A stretch of 64,000 bases of DNA from contig OX597814.1 in NCBI GenBank assembly GCA_951406725.2, positions 64,852,001 through 64,916,000 of the forward strand. The letters run 5' to 3'. Source of the stretch: Octopus vulgaris. Taxonomy: Eukaryota. A model generated the notes under the pieces. The model was not told the origin of the DNA and ran no database searches. It saw nothing but the letters and a program-made list of their open reading frames with translations. Positions 1-11,885 of this stretch are shown here, one piece after another. A program made the translations under genes and the position numbers. Each line of letters opens with the position of its first letter. Position 1 is the stretch's first letter.

Positions 1-149
1 TCATGGAGCTGCCTTCCAAGTCTTATGATGTCATCAGCCTCATGTATGCCAACTTGGACAAGGGATGCACTTCGACGCTTGGTGGTTAAAAGATGTTGCC
101 CAAGGAATATGATGCGACCTTCAAATGCACTTTGTATCAATGTTAAGCT

Positions 150-185
150 TTATGTATGTGTATATGTATGTATGTAGGTATACAC

Positions 186-244
<59 letters not shown>

Positions 245-271
245 GATAGATAGATAGATAGATAGACAGAC

Positions 272-312
<41 letters not shown>

Positions 313-375
313 TGCATATATTTGTGTGTATGTGTGTATGTGTACATGTCTGTATATATGCATGCGTGTGTGTAT
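150..375. repeat. Compound microsatellite (CA)n/(TA)n/(TAGA)n, representative of dozens of such tracts across the window
   Basis: Directly visible tandem repeats; they explain the HTHT, IYIY and CVCV ORFs. Confidence 0.97.
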
Positions 376-895
376 GAAATACCGGTGTCGTAAATACTAT
401 TATGATAAATTTTCCCATTTAACAGAGTTTTATTTTGTTTCCGGCTAAAAATTGTCACACAATAATACCAGAAGAGAACGGGAATACATTCGCTACACAG
501 AATATTTCTGTACTAAAAATTACTGGATTCCTAGAAGTTAAAATATATAAAACAGTAAATATTAGCTTTCACAAAACTGCCATAAAATACAGATGGTACA
601 GAATATCGATTGAAATACGTCACACATGTTCCAATCACCTCACCATGTGATGAGAGCTTTATTATTTAATATCAAGGTGTATCAGGTGATTGCACTGTGT
701 TCAAAGTTTTCTCTTCTGTATTGTATTTTATTAGTTGTCTTTACAAAACGGCTTACAAATATGTTCACCCCTTTATGCACATGCCCTAAAAATATGGAAA
801 TATGTCAAGCCCGCCAAAGTCAAATTCCAATCGTGGCAATGGGCCTTTTTTATGGAATTGAAATTATATTTTATTTATTTATTTATTTACTCTCT

Positions 896-1309
896 ATACT
901 CTTTACTCTTTTATTTGTTTCAGTCATTTTGACTTCGGCCATGCTGGAGCACCGCCTTTAGTTGAGCAAATCGACCCTCAGGACTTATTCTTTGTAAGCC
1001 TAGTAGTTATTCTATCGGATTCTGTTGCAGAACCGCTAAGTTACGGGGACGTAAACACACCACCATCGGTTGTCAAGGGATGTTGGGGTGACAAACACAG
1101 ACACACAAATATACACACACATACATAAATACATACATATATATATATAATAATTAGATATATATATATATACTTATATACGACGGGCTTTCAGTTTTCG
1201 TCTACCAAATTCACTCACAAGGCTTTGGTCGGCCCGAGGCTATAGAAGAAGACACTTGCCATGTGGTTGGTAAGCAAGCTACTTACCATACAGCCACTCT
1301 TGCGCCTAT
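896..1309 (-). mobile_element. tRNA-derived SINE, family A (internal microsatellite, partial deletion)
   Basis: Reverse complement begins taggcgcaagagtggctgtatggtaagtagcttgcttaccaaccac (tRNA-like head); body shared with copies at 32860, 34798, 36440, 39061 and 43815. Confidence 0.85.
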
Positions 1310-2495
1310 TCAAAATAAATATGTGTAAATGAACCAATTCTTCAGGCGGAAGAATGCATAAAACACTACGATTCAAAAGAAATAGAGTAGCGCAGTGCTT
1401 GATTGTCTCTGTCCATGTGCATTAAAGAAAAGAAGGAATAACTGATACTTATCAGGCTCTTGGATAACGTTAGGTCCGGGAACAGAGGGTACAGGGGGTA
1501 CAAGTGCAACGCCTAAAAGCTTTGTGGGGTGCAAAACCAAAATTTGCACCCTCATTTGAATCCATAAAAACTACACCTATTTGTGTAACAAAATTTGTAA
1601 AAAATCCTTAAAATCCATAAAGAAGAATAAATGAGTCACCATTGGTGCGCTTTCGTTCTTAACAGTCAGGGAGGAAATATTTGAACTTAAAAAAGCCTCT
1701 GATTTCAGGCAATTTTCATCCTTACAAACTGGTTAATAAAATGACAAAAATTGTTTCATTTACTGATGAATTTATCAAATTGGTGACCTGACAGTTGAAA
1801 TTTGCGTATTTCTAGCGAATGCGCAATGAACAATGTGAATTGAAGATTTTATTTTTGCCGGTCTTGTAACTTGGTTATTATTAGAACAATATCTTTTTTA
1901 ATACCACAAATATTTTTACGTGTAAGAGAAATGGAAGAGAGTGCCCGGGAATGGGTGCGTGGTTAGGTTTTCTTGGCAATTACACAATTCTCGGTTCGAA
2001 ACCAAGAAAGGATAATTGGATATGAAATCAGATTGCCCAATATCACATCTCTATCTCTCTCTCGTTCTCTCTCTTTTCCCCCTCTCTCTTACTGATTATG
2101 TGTGTGTGTGTGCGTGCGTATGTGTTTGTGCGTATGTGTGTGTGTGCTTGCGCATGTGTGCGTGTATGCGCGTGCGTCTGTGAGAATGTGTATATATGTA
2201 TGTAAGTATATGATTACATGCATATATAATCATATATCCATAACAGACACGAGGAGTTTTCGTCAGAGTGATCCATATATGCACGTAGCTAAGAATACAT
2301 ATGTATGTACATGTATATATACGTAGATACACATGTACCTACGCGCGCACACATACATTTATAAGTGCACTCATATATATTTACATGTATTAATATATAT
2401 GTATGTATATATATATAGATATATATATATGTCTATATACACACATATATATGTCTATACATATATACATAAATATATATATATATAGATATATG

Positions 2496-2526
<31 letters not shown>

Positions 2527-2546
2527 TTATATATATATATATATAT

Positions 2547-2624
<78 letters not shown>

Positions 2625-3112
2625 CAATTTTGAACTAATGAGGTGTCAGTGTGAATGTACAGTTGACGTGGTTTCAGTACTATAGAATTTAGGAGGCTAA
2701 AGCAGAGGCGGCCAACCACAAAATAAGGGAGAACAAAAATATCAATTTTAAAAGAGAATAGGATGCAGAGCAACAAGGATATGCAGAGCGATAGCTGGGA
2801 AATGCCTACAATTAAATACATGTATACCTTCGTGACTAGCACATTTCTAGGATGTGTCATATTAAACTAACAAGCGGCTATGAAAGCAGCTGATATTATT
2901 TTTATCATTTTTTTTTATGACAGCCAGCAGGTAAATAGATAGAACCAAGAAAAATTTGATTCACCCATAAATTGTCATCCTCGCAGTATATATATATATA
3001 TGTATATATCATCTTAGCAAATGAAAAGAAGAACTGTAAGCTTGTTAAAATTCATATACACAGACGCAAATTCAAGCTCATATTCACGTATACCTAACTA
3101 TGTGTATGTATG

Positions 3113-3190
<78 letters not shown>

Positions 3191-3734
3191 CATAAACATA
3201 CACGCATACCTATATAAATATACAAATAAATCTATAGATACATAGGTACATAGGGAAAATTGCATAGTAATTATATATGTTTACGTATGCATGTATATAT
3301 ATTTTATATATATATACACGCACACTATTGCACGTAAATGTCTCCTCTCCTTGATTGGAGTTTTAACGTCTATTCTGACTGGCCAACTGTTTGGGGGTAA
3401 GTTCTTCAAGAAAGTTAAATATTGGCTTGCATGAATGTTTCTTTTTTTGGTGTGTATATATGTGCTTACAATTGTATATATGTTCATATTTATGCTTTGT
3501 GGTAGTCATTCGATTTTTGCATGCCAAACTTTTATATAAACTTTTGTATATATCATGTTGTCAAGAACCAACTATTCCGCGATGACGGCCTGTTAAATCC
3601 AAACTAATGCAGAAGTGCGCAGTGCAGAAAGATTCATGCTCAAATAGACAAAGAAAATTCCTTCAAGTACATAGTGCACATATGCATACACGTGTATGTG
3701 TGTGTACAAACATGCATACTTTCACATATTTATG

Positions 3735-3770
<36 letters not shown>

Positions 3771-3956
3771 AATACACCCATATATATATACAAATATATA
3801 CATAAATGTATTCGTGCGCCCACATATATACACAGAGATACACTCATACACCCGCAGGTATATATACATTCGCACGTGCACACGTATTCATGCATATTCT
3901 TATATACGTATACATATACAAACATGCATAAATACATATGCAGACACACACACATG

Positions 3957-4028
<72 letters not shown>

Positions 4029-4032
<4 letters not shown>

Positions 4033-4681
4033 TACAAAATTAGAGAATGGAGAAACATACTTAAATCAGTAAAACATCAACTATCCGATGATACTCAATC
4101 CATACTTTAATACACCATTACATATGAGTAAAGGCAATATATAAAATGAAATGAGATATACAGTAATAGTAAAAGTAAAAAGATAAAGAGATATAAGTAA
4201 AAAATTTCAAATATAATATGCAAATAAATCAAAACTGACAGCTGTTTCGGCAGTGAGGACAGTCATACCTCATTTAACCTATAAGCCATAAAGGCAGGTA
4301 TAAATGAGGCATTAACAAGGATGCCCCACGGCCTCTTCAGAGAATTAAATTAAATTTGTTATAATAGTGAAAAATATTATATAATCATATACATATAAAT
4401 ATAAAAATATAAAAATGTAAAATATAAAAACTTATATATCATAATGCTACACTTATATAATATAATACACATTTGTACAAAAAGGAAGGTAAACAGAACA
4501 ATATAAAACAAAATATATAACAGTGTATATATTAATATTAATAAGTACCGATATTATACATATTTGGCTAATAGTTTTTTTTATAAAAAAAAGGCTAACA
4601 CATATGGAGATGAAAAATAATAATTAAATCCGTGGTACAGTTCATAAAATTCTAAAGCTATAAAAGTTAATAAAAATGACT

Positions 4682-4728
<47 letters not shown>

Positions 4729-5198
4729 TAATAATAATAAAAAAATACTAAAAATAGATACAGTTAAGTTAGCACCAAGTCCATCCTTTCAAGATCGAAA
4801 TAACTATGAATTAAGAAATGCTGACCACTAGGTAAAGAAAATTTAGATTAATTCGATTGGCTATTGGTTTGAAATTTAAATCACAAAAGAAAATTATACG
4901 GTTGGTTAGTCAAGGAACGCCAATATTCACACACGCATCTACAGATCAATCGCACATACACACATAGTTATATGTATATACATACACTTATACACATACA
5001 AAATTACAAGCAACAACTAGCACTTAGATAAACAAAAAAGGGAAGCAACTATGCTAACATCTAGTCCTTCAAAATTATAGCTGAGCCTTAATAACAAAAA
5101 AAGAACCATCCATGCATTCTATAAAATATTTAATTTAGATATAAATATATTTTTAAATATCAGTATGTTACTAATTTAGATAATTATTTCATGGGTAA
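4029..5198 (-). repeat. 3' pseudo-LTR (direct repeat copy 1)
   Basis: Matches 9629-10800 at offset 5600; the only differences I saw are one T in a homopolymer and one AAT unit. Confidence 0.97.
4221..4360 (-). ncRNA. Type I hammerhead ribozyme with extended stem II
   Basis: Minus strand reads CUGAAGA-GGC...GCC-GAAA-CAGCUG-UC; intact core, palindromic stem III (ACAGCUGU); predicted cleavage after GUC between 4237 and 4236. Confidence 0.88.
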
Positions 5199-6476
5199 CT
5201 TAAAATTTATAACACCGGTTTGTTACAGAGTAAACATACGGTTGTTAGGTTTATCGTAAGTTTGTTATGATTTTAAGTACGCTAAATTATAAAATATAAA
5301 ATATAAAATATATATTAATTTAAATATTATAAATAAGTCACTTATTAACTTAATAAATATAGTGCCATAATATACCAGTTTAGGCATTAAAGAATAGAAG
5401 GGGAAGTATTAATGTAAACGCTTATGAGAACATCACAGAAATTTTAAATAAATTTTATATTATAAAGACTTAAGATGAAAAGAGATAAAATAAATAAAAA
5501 GGAATAAATACGAAGGAATAAATACGGTTATACACATAATTATAAGTACAAACTAGTATATATGTATTCATATATTATTAAAATTAAATACAAATAAATG
5601 ATAGATATGTATGTATAAAACTACACCAGTATAAGTAAATAAGTAAAAAATAAATAGGTAACAAAATAGATGACTTGATATGTATGTAAACATCTACACT
5701 TAAATAGGCAAATAAATAAATGAATAGAAGACTAGATGCAAAGATTGATAATATTACAATAAAATGGGAAATAAATAAAAATAAATAAAGTGAATATATA
5801 TATTTTATATATATTTTATATTGTTGAAAGTAAATATGTATGGAAGGATAGTTTAAAGTACAGATCCAGAGGACTATAGATATAAACTAAATATATGAGG
5901 CTGGTAATAATTATAAAGCAAAATGCATGTAAATGAGAAAATGAAAAAAATAAAAATAAAAAAGGTTTATCAGTGAATAGCATAAGATACAAATTAAGGT
6001 GAGTACAAAAAGACCAAATATATAATAAAAACCTTCCAAATAAACACATACAAAAAACCTATAATCTCAACCTAAACCCACCAAACTCACAAAAGGCTCT
6101 CATATATTACATATTATACAATATCATTACATTATCTAGAGCTAGGTATCTAACCAAGATATACATATATACTATGCAATATACTATGCAATATTGGAAA
6201 ACTTCAAAAATCACACATTACAAGGCAAATACCAAAATGAATATGCTATTTTATGTCATATTGCATTTCTCTTAAAAAAAACAAACAAAAACCCACATAC
6301 AAAAATCAAGAAACCAATAATACTAGACACATCCATTAATTATTATACAAGTGTAGCTATAAAAATTATAAAATTATGAAATTTATAAATTGTATACTTT
6401 AGAATTATAGAGGACCACAGGTATATTTAGTTAAAGAAGGGAATTAAAAAATTAATAATAGTGGAAGTGCTAAGTT

Positions 6477-7874
6477 CTATTTGAATCTAGAAAAGGTGAA
6501 CGGTAGCCTATGAATACAAAAGAAGTTTTTCTCATTAATGTTGTTAATAATTTGCCGACCCGCTTTAATAATGAAGAAAATTTCATTAATACATAGAGAG
6601 CATTTTTTATTTTTTCCATTATACACAGGTGCTGAAGTTAGTATTTTCCAGTTTAATCTAAAATCTAAGTTCTTACTTTTAAGTTCCCAAATGTATGCAC
6701 TTAGCCCTGTAGAGTACATTCTATTTTTATTCCTAAAAGTATATCTGTGATAATTCCATCTTTGTTTTATGCTATTCATAGTTGCACCGATATACACCCT
6801 ACTACTCAATTGTGTATCTACAGTGCATTGGTAAACTACCTCCTTCCTGAGGCATTGATTACCAAATACACATTTATTTTTATTTCTGCAATTACAAAGA
6901 TTAACAGAATGAGGAAATCTAAGATTGGACACCACCCCTATACTACTATTCACATTATAAGTGTTACAATTGTTATCATCATCCAAACCCAAAATCAACG
7001 AATGAGTTAATTTCACATTATCGGCTATATTTCCATCACTAGTACTAGTATTGGTAGTAGTAGTATGATCTATTACATTTATATTATCTCTGACGGGTAT
7101 GGTGCACTCATTATTAGTACGGAGGTTGTTCCCATTTGTTCCAAGAAAATTTCTATTCCTATTATTAATGAAGAGGGGCAAGTTATCCTGGTCTAAATTC
7201 AATTTTCTATCCTTATAGAAGTGATCCAGTTTCTTGTTATTAAAAGAGGAGATAATGGTGGCTAGATTATGAGTAATGCTATATCCCACTCTAACAGTAC
7301 CGTTGTTAATTAAAGGACTAAATTTATTCCTATCCTTACCAAAATGCCTAAAAATAACATTATGCAAAGCTCTCACTATGTTTGTTTTAATCTGCATTGC
7401 ATACGGGATAATCAACCAAAGAGTATCCTTATCAGAATTAGGATTGCCTATAGAATTAATGTTATTTGTGAAAATCCTATTCGTAGACCAACTCATAGGA
7501 TTACTATTCTTACCACTGTTATTATTATATCCATCTATATCAATATTACCATGGTTATTGCGCAAGTAAACTTTACCATTATCATGTCTACCATAAGTTT
7601 TAATTCGTATATTATTATTAATATTACTACTATTACCCGTATGCTTAGATCTATTTGAGCTACCGTTCACCTTTCCAAGGTTAACGTCACTTCTACATTT
7701 ATTATAGGTGTTATCATATATTCTATTTTTACTATTCTTATGTATATTGTTGATTATCCTAAATCTATTTGTGTTGTTCCTGATAGTTCTACCTCCATTA
7801 GGGGTTTCCCTTAGGTATAAACCAAATCTTACTTTTATATCCTGCCTTAAGTAATGCTGCATTGTATCTATCAC
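6477..7874 (-). CDS. Asn-rich linker, Cys motif and GIY-YIG endonuclease, in the +1 frame relative to the RT ORF
   Basis: CNCRNKNKC-x5-C, VVY...YIGAT...KQRW..H, WKIL, CSLCINE, N..NE..FCIHR; overlaps the RT ORF end by 77 nt, and the ORF-track start is GTG, not ATG. Confidence 0.9.
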   Translation of the reverse strand: MIDTMQHYLRQDIKVRFGLYLRETPNGGRTIRNNTNRFRIINNIHKNSKNRIYDNTYNKCRSDVNLGKVNGSSNRSKHTGNSSNINNNIRIKTYGRHDNGKVYLRNNHGNIDIDGYNNNSGKNSNPMSWSTNRIFTNNINSIGNPNSDKDTLWLIIPYAMQIKTNIVRALHNVIFRHFGKDRNKFSPLINNGTVRVGYSITHNLATIISSFNNKKLDHFYKDRKLNLDQDNLPLFINNRNRNFLGTNGNNLRTNNECTIPVRDNINVIDHTTTTNTSTSDGNIADNVKLTHSLILGLDDDNNCNTYNVNSSIGVVSNLRFPHSVNLCNCRNKNKCVFGNQCLRKEVVYQCTVDTQLSSRVYIGATMNSIKQRWNYHRYTFRNKNRMYSTGLSAYIWELKSKNLDFRLNWKILTSAPVYNGKNKKCSLCINEIFFIIKAGRQIINNINEKNFFCIHRLPFTFSRFK

Positions 7875-9318
7875 AGTGTTTGTTAAAAATTTCTCCGTTT
7901 GAGGATAAACTAGAAATTCTCTGACTAATGCTACGCACTAGTGCATTTTTAATTTGGGGGGGGTGATTACTAGAATGGTTAATGTATATTAGGTTAGAAT
8001 TAGGTTTAATATAGGGTTCATGTAAACCATTAGTAATGTTACAATTAACATCTAAATAATTAGCAGAATAATTTTCACTTTCAATGATAATGGATAGGCC
8101 GAAGCTTTTAAAAAATTTATTTATTCTTTTTTTCAGAAGATCTAATCTCCTATTAGATGTATTCCTAACACAAAATAAGGCGTCATCCCTGTATAATCCA
8201 CCTTTTAATTCAGGGAATTCCCTACTAAAGTTATCTAATAGATACATCCCAACTAGATCAGTCACCTCCGCTGAGTCCGGCGATCCCATTGTGATATCGA
8301 ACAAGTTGGGTGTGTCCTTTCTAGCCCAAAGTTTATTATCAAACTCTATTAAAGTTTTCCTGGCTGTTAGTATAACCTTAATCTCCCCCATACTTAATTT
8401 AGTGTGTTTTCTAGCAAAAATTAAGGACTTATTTAATATAATAGGGTTAATTGAAGTGTAATAATTCTGTATATCGAATTGTATAAATTTATTTCTATTA
8501 TAGCTAAAGTTGTTACTGTCACAGACCTTAATGGTAGAAAACCAATCCAAAGCACCCTGAGTATTCTTCCAAAGGTTTAGTTTGATTTTATTGCGGATGG
8601 TGGGTAGATATTTATCTAGAATGAGTTTACTTAGTCTGCCTAAGTCAGATTTAGTGGGGCAAATTAATCTGACCTGTGTGTTTCCAAGAAAATTCTCTTT
8701 ATGATCCTTTAGTGTAATTCTCGGTCTGGATGGGGTGTAGGGTTCCGTTTTTTCTTCTAGGTAGTAGTCAAATATGATTTCTCTGATCTCCATGTTCAGT
8801 TTTCTAAGTGTACTAGAAGGTACTACTTTGTATTTCTTGGTTATTTCCTTGTGTAGAAGATCATGATATGCAGTAATGTCCATGTTGTAGATGTTGTTGG
8901 TTTTGTCAGAATGTGTTAGAATGCCGCTCTTACCTTTGAGAGTTCTAATTAAGTCTTTCAATTCTCTTTGGTGCGGGTTATATCTTAAAGGATGATTTCT
9001 AAATTTTATGTTTTTTACAGTCTCCCATAGTTCTTGTTCAAAATTGTCTAGATGTATATTTGGTGGAGGAGACTTTCTAGATTTAAATGTAGTGCCTGTT
9101 AGTTTTAATATTTCTTCATAGGTGCTTCCAATTCCATTACGGATCGTTTCCCCAGTGTGTTGTTGGTTTATTTTATTATTATAGTTCTCATGGTGGAAAA
9201 TCCTCCATCTGATCCTATGGATGAATTCATTCATTCTATAAATTAGTTCTTTAGTGTAATGGTCTTTGGTAGGGATAGGTACATCCTTCATTGATGAATT
9301 GATCAGTATTTTCTCCAT
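7798..9318 (-). CDS. Penelope-like reverse transcriptase (506 aa from ATG 9318)
   Basis: Motifs SMKDVPIP, SDKTNNIY, ITLKDHKENF, IQFDIQNYYTSI, ITMGSPDSAEVTDLVG, LYRDD, YLDV, SNHPP and thumb YNAALLKAGY; the ORF-track start at 9339 is TTG. Confidence 0.93.
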   Translation of the reverse strand: MEKILINSSMKDVPIPTKDHYTKELIYRMNEFIHRIRWRIFHHENYNNKINQQHTGETIRNGIGSTYEEILKLTGTTFKSRKSPPPNIHLDNFEQELWETVKNIKFRNHPLRYNPHQRELKDLIRTLKGKSGILTHSDKTNNIYNMDITAYHDLLHKEITKKYKVVPSSTLRKLNMEIREIIFDYYLEEKTEPYTPSRPRITLKDHKENFLGNTQVRLICPTKSDLGRLSKLILDKYLPTIRNKIKLNLWKNTQGALDWFSTIKVCDSNNFSYNRNKFIQFDIQNYYTSINPIILNKSLIFARKHTKLSMGEIKVILTARKTLIEFDNKLWARKDTPNLFDITMGSPDSAEVTDLVGMYLLDNFSREFPELKGGLYRDDALFCVRNTSNRRLDLLKKRINKFFKSFGLSIIIESENYSANYLDVNCNITNGLHEPYIKPNSNLIYINHSSNHPPQIKNALVRSISQRISSLSSNGEIFNKHCDRYNAALLKAGYKSKIWFIPKGNP

Positions 9319-9628
9319 TCTTCTAGCAGTAATGATCAAAGGAACAAATATACTACACTAGGGTGTATTCACATGCACTATTAATATTTAAATCAATAAA
9401 TGGATGCTTATATTACACCAGTATGAGCAATTCAGGTTCCTCAAAAGATAAATTTAGGTTATAAAATGAGATAGGGGTTGAAAATTCAACCCACCATGGG
9501 ATAATATATATCCAATATACTGCTAGATAGGTACCCAACAAAAATAATACATAGATGTTAAAAATTGTCAAGCAATCAGTTCATCTATTGTATTAAATGG
9601 GTAAAGGTAATAATATTACCGTAAATTA

Positions 9629-10280
9629 ATACTACAAAATTAGAGAATGGAGAAACATACTTAAATCAGTAAAACATCAACTATCCGATGATACTCAATC
9701 CATACTTTAATACACCATTACATATGAGTAAAGGCAATATATAAAATGAAATGAGATATACAGTAATAGTAAAAGTAAAAAGATAAAGAGATATAAGTAA
9801 AAAATTTCAAATATAATATGCAAATAAATCAAAACTGACAGCTGTTTCGGCAGTGAGGACAGTCATACCTCATTTAACCTATAAGCCATAAAGGCAGGTA
9901 TAAATGAGGCATTAACAAGGATGCCCCACGGCCTCTTCAGAGAATTAAATTAAATTTGTTATAATAGTGAAAAATATTATATAATCATATACATATAAAT
10001 ATAAAAATATAAAAATGTAAAATATAAAAACTTATATATCATAATGCTACACTTATATAATATAATACACATTTGTACAAAAAGGAAGGTAAACAGAACA
10101 ATATAAAACAAAATATATAACAGTGTATATATTAATATTAATAAGTACCGATATTATACATATTTGGCTAATAGTTTTTTTATAAAAAAAAGGCTAACAC
10201 ATATGGAGATGAAAAATAATAATTAAATCCGTGGTACAGTTCATAAAATTCTAAAGCTATAAAAGTTAATAAAAATGACT

Positions 10281-10330
<50 letters not shown>

Positions 10331-10800
10331 TAATAATAATAAAAAAATACTAAAAATAGATACAGTTAAGTTAGCACCAAGTCCATCCTTTCAAGATCGA
10401 AATAACTATGAATTAAGAAATGCTGACCACTAGGTAAAGAAAATTTAGATTAATTCGATTGGCTATTGGTTTGAAATTTAAATCACAAAAGAAAATTATA
10501 CGGTTGGTTAGTCAAGGAACGCCAATATTCACACACGCATCTACAGATCAATCGCACATACACACATAGTTATATGTATATACATACACTTATACACATA
10601 CAAAATTACAAGCAACAACTAGCACTTAGATAAACAAAAAAGGGAAGCAACTATGCTAACATCTAGTCCTTCAAAATTATAGCTGAGCCTTAATAACAAA
10701 AAAAGAACCATCCATGCATTCTATAAAATATTTAATTTAGATATAAATATATTTTTAAATATCAGTATGTTACTAATTTAGATAATTATTTCATGGGTAA
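9629..10800 (-). repeat. 5' pseudo-LTR (direct repeat copy 2; partial tandem copy of the element's 3' end)
   Basis: Starts atactacaaaattagagaatgg and ends ttcatgggtaa, as in copy 1, then runs into (TA)n. Confidence 0.97.
9821..9960 (-). ncRNA. Type I hammerhead ribozyme with extended stem II (second identical copy)
   Basis: Same sequence as 4221-4360; predicted cleavage between 9837 and 9836. Confidence 0.88.
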
Positions 10801-10940
10801 ATATATATATGTACTCTTCTTACCCATCACACCTAAAAAGAAATTAATATAGATCTAAATTGGTTAATTAATGGCAATTTGTTAACGAAATATTAAATTA
10901 TTGGGTTTACGCCATAGAGTTTCAAAGAAAGTATATATAC

Positions 10941-11019
<79 letters not shown>

Positions 11020-11167
11020 TATGTTTATGTTTTCCAGTTTCAGCTCTTGAGCTGTGGCCATGCTGGGGCACCGCCATTTAAAATATGAGGTCTCACCGAG
11101 ACCTCATATATATATTCACGCACACATACATGCATACACACATACATAGGTACATACATACGCCTGT

Positions 11168-11209
<42 letters not shown>

Positions 11210-11787
11210 GCATGCTCGCAGACACACACACATGTAAATAAAATTTCTATATATGTGTGGCAAAATCTATGCATGCACATACGCACATACACATTTACAC
11301 ACACACATACACACACACACACATACGCACACACACACAACATATATGTGTTGCGTGTACATACATGTTCTTGCGTATACATACATACGTAGAATCACAT
11401 ATACGTACATATGTGGTTATACATGCATACATACACGCATAAATATATAAAAATATATAGGCATGTTTAGTTATATCTACGTATACACACATATATACAT
11501 ATATCTCAGCAAGAATATATACACACACACGTTGATACCTACGCATACAGACCTACGCACATACGCGCGCGCGCACACACATACACACACATACACACAC
11601 ACACACACATATATATATATACACGTAGGTGAACAACAATATAGGTGTGCGTATTCATGTGTACGTGCATCTGGTCATATGTGTGTGTGCGCGTGTGTGT
11701 ACAAATCAAAAAGGCATATAGAAACACATATGTATGCACTTCTGCATTTATTCTTTCACTCGTTATATATATATATATATATATATT

Positions 11788-11885
11788 CGTTTTACGCGCA
11801 AGAAAAATGAAATATGTCTTTCACATTTCGAGCCTTCGCACTTGAACAGAAAGGAAAGAGGAGAGAAAACAGATAAGGAAAGAAA
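11788..11885 (-). mobile_element. Degenerate short PLE-terminal-like repeat with a decayed minimal hammerhead
   Basis: Reverse complement ctttctgttcaagtgcgaaggctcgaaatgtgaaaag resembles 56107-56140; adjoins (TA)n. Confidence 0.5.

Larger units (their letters stand above)
4029..10800 (-). mobile_element. Full-length Penelope-like retroelement (RT plus C-terminal GIY-YIG; tentatively Hydra-clade-like), inserted in (TA)n
   Basis: RT ORF, GIY-YIG ORF, direct terminal repeats with hammerheads, and (TA)n on both flanks. Confidence 0.93.

Noticed and set aside
121-4110. Numerous ORFs rich in HT, IY or CV dipeptides (also throughout the window)
   Set aside because: Translations of microsatellites.
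5816-6049. Hydrophobic 77-aa ORF inside the PLE trailer as an accessory membrane protein
   Set aside because: Expected by chance from U-rich composition; no recognisable motif.
7804-7810. -1 frameshift at G_GGA_AAC as the route to the endonuclease
   Set aside because: Frame arithmetic shows the EN ORF is +1. The -1 frame ends after PLMEVELSGTTQIDLG*, and I saw no convincing downstream stimulatory structure.
6538-8461. Plus-strand ORFs antisense to RT/EN
   Set aside because: Shadows of the coding strand.
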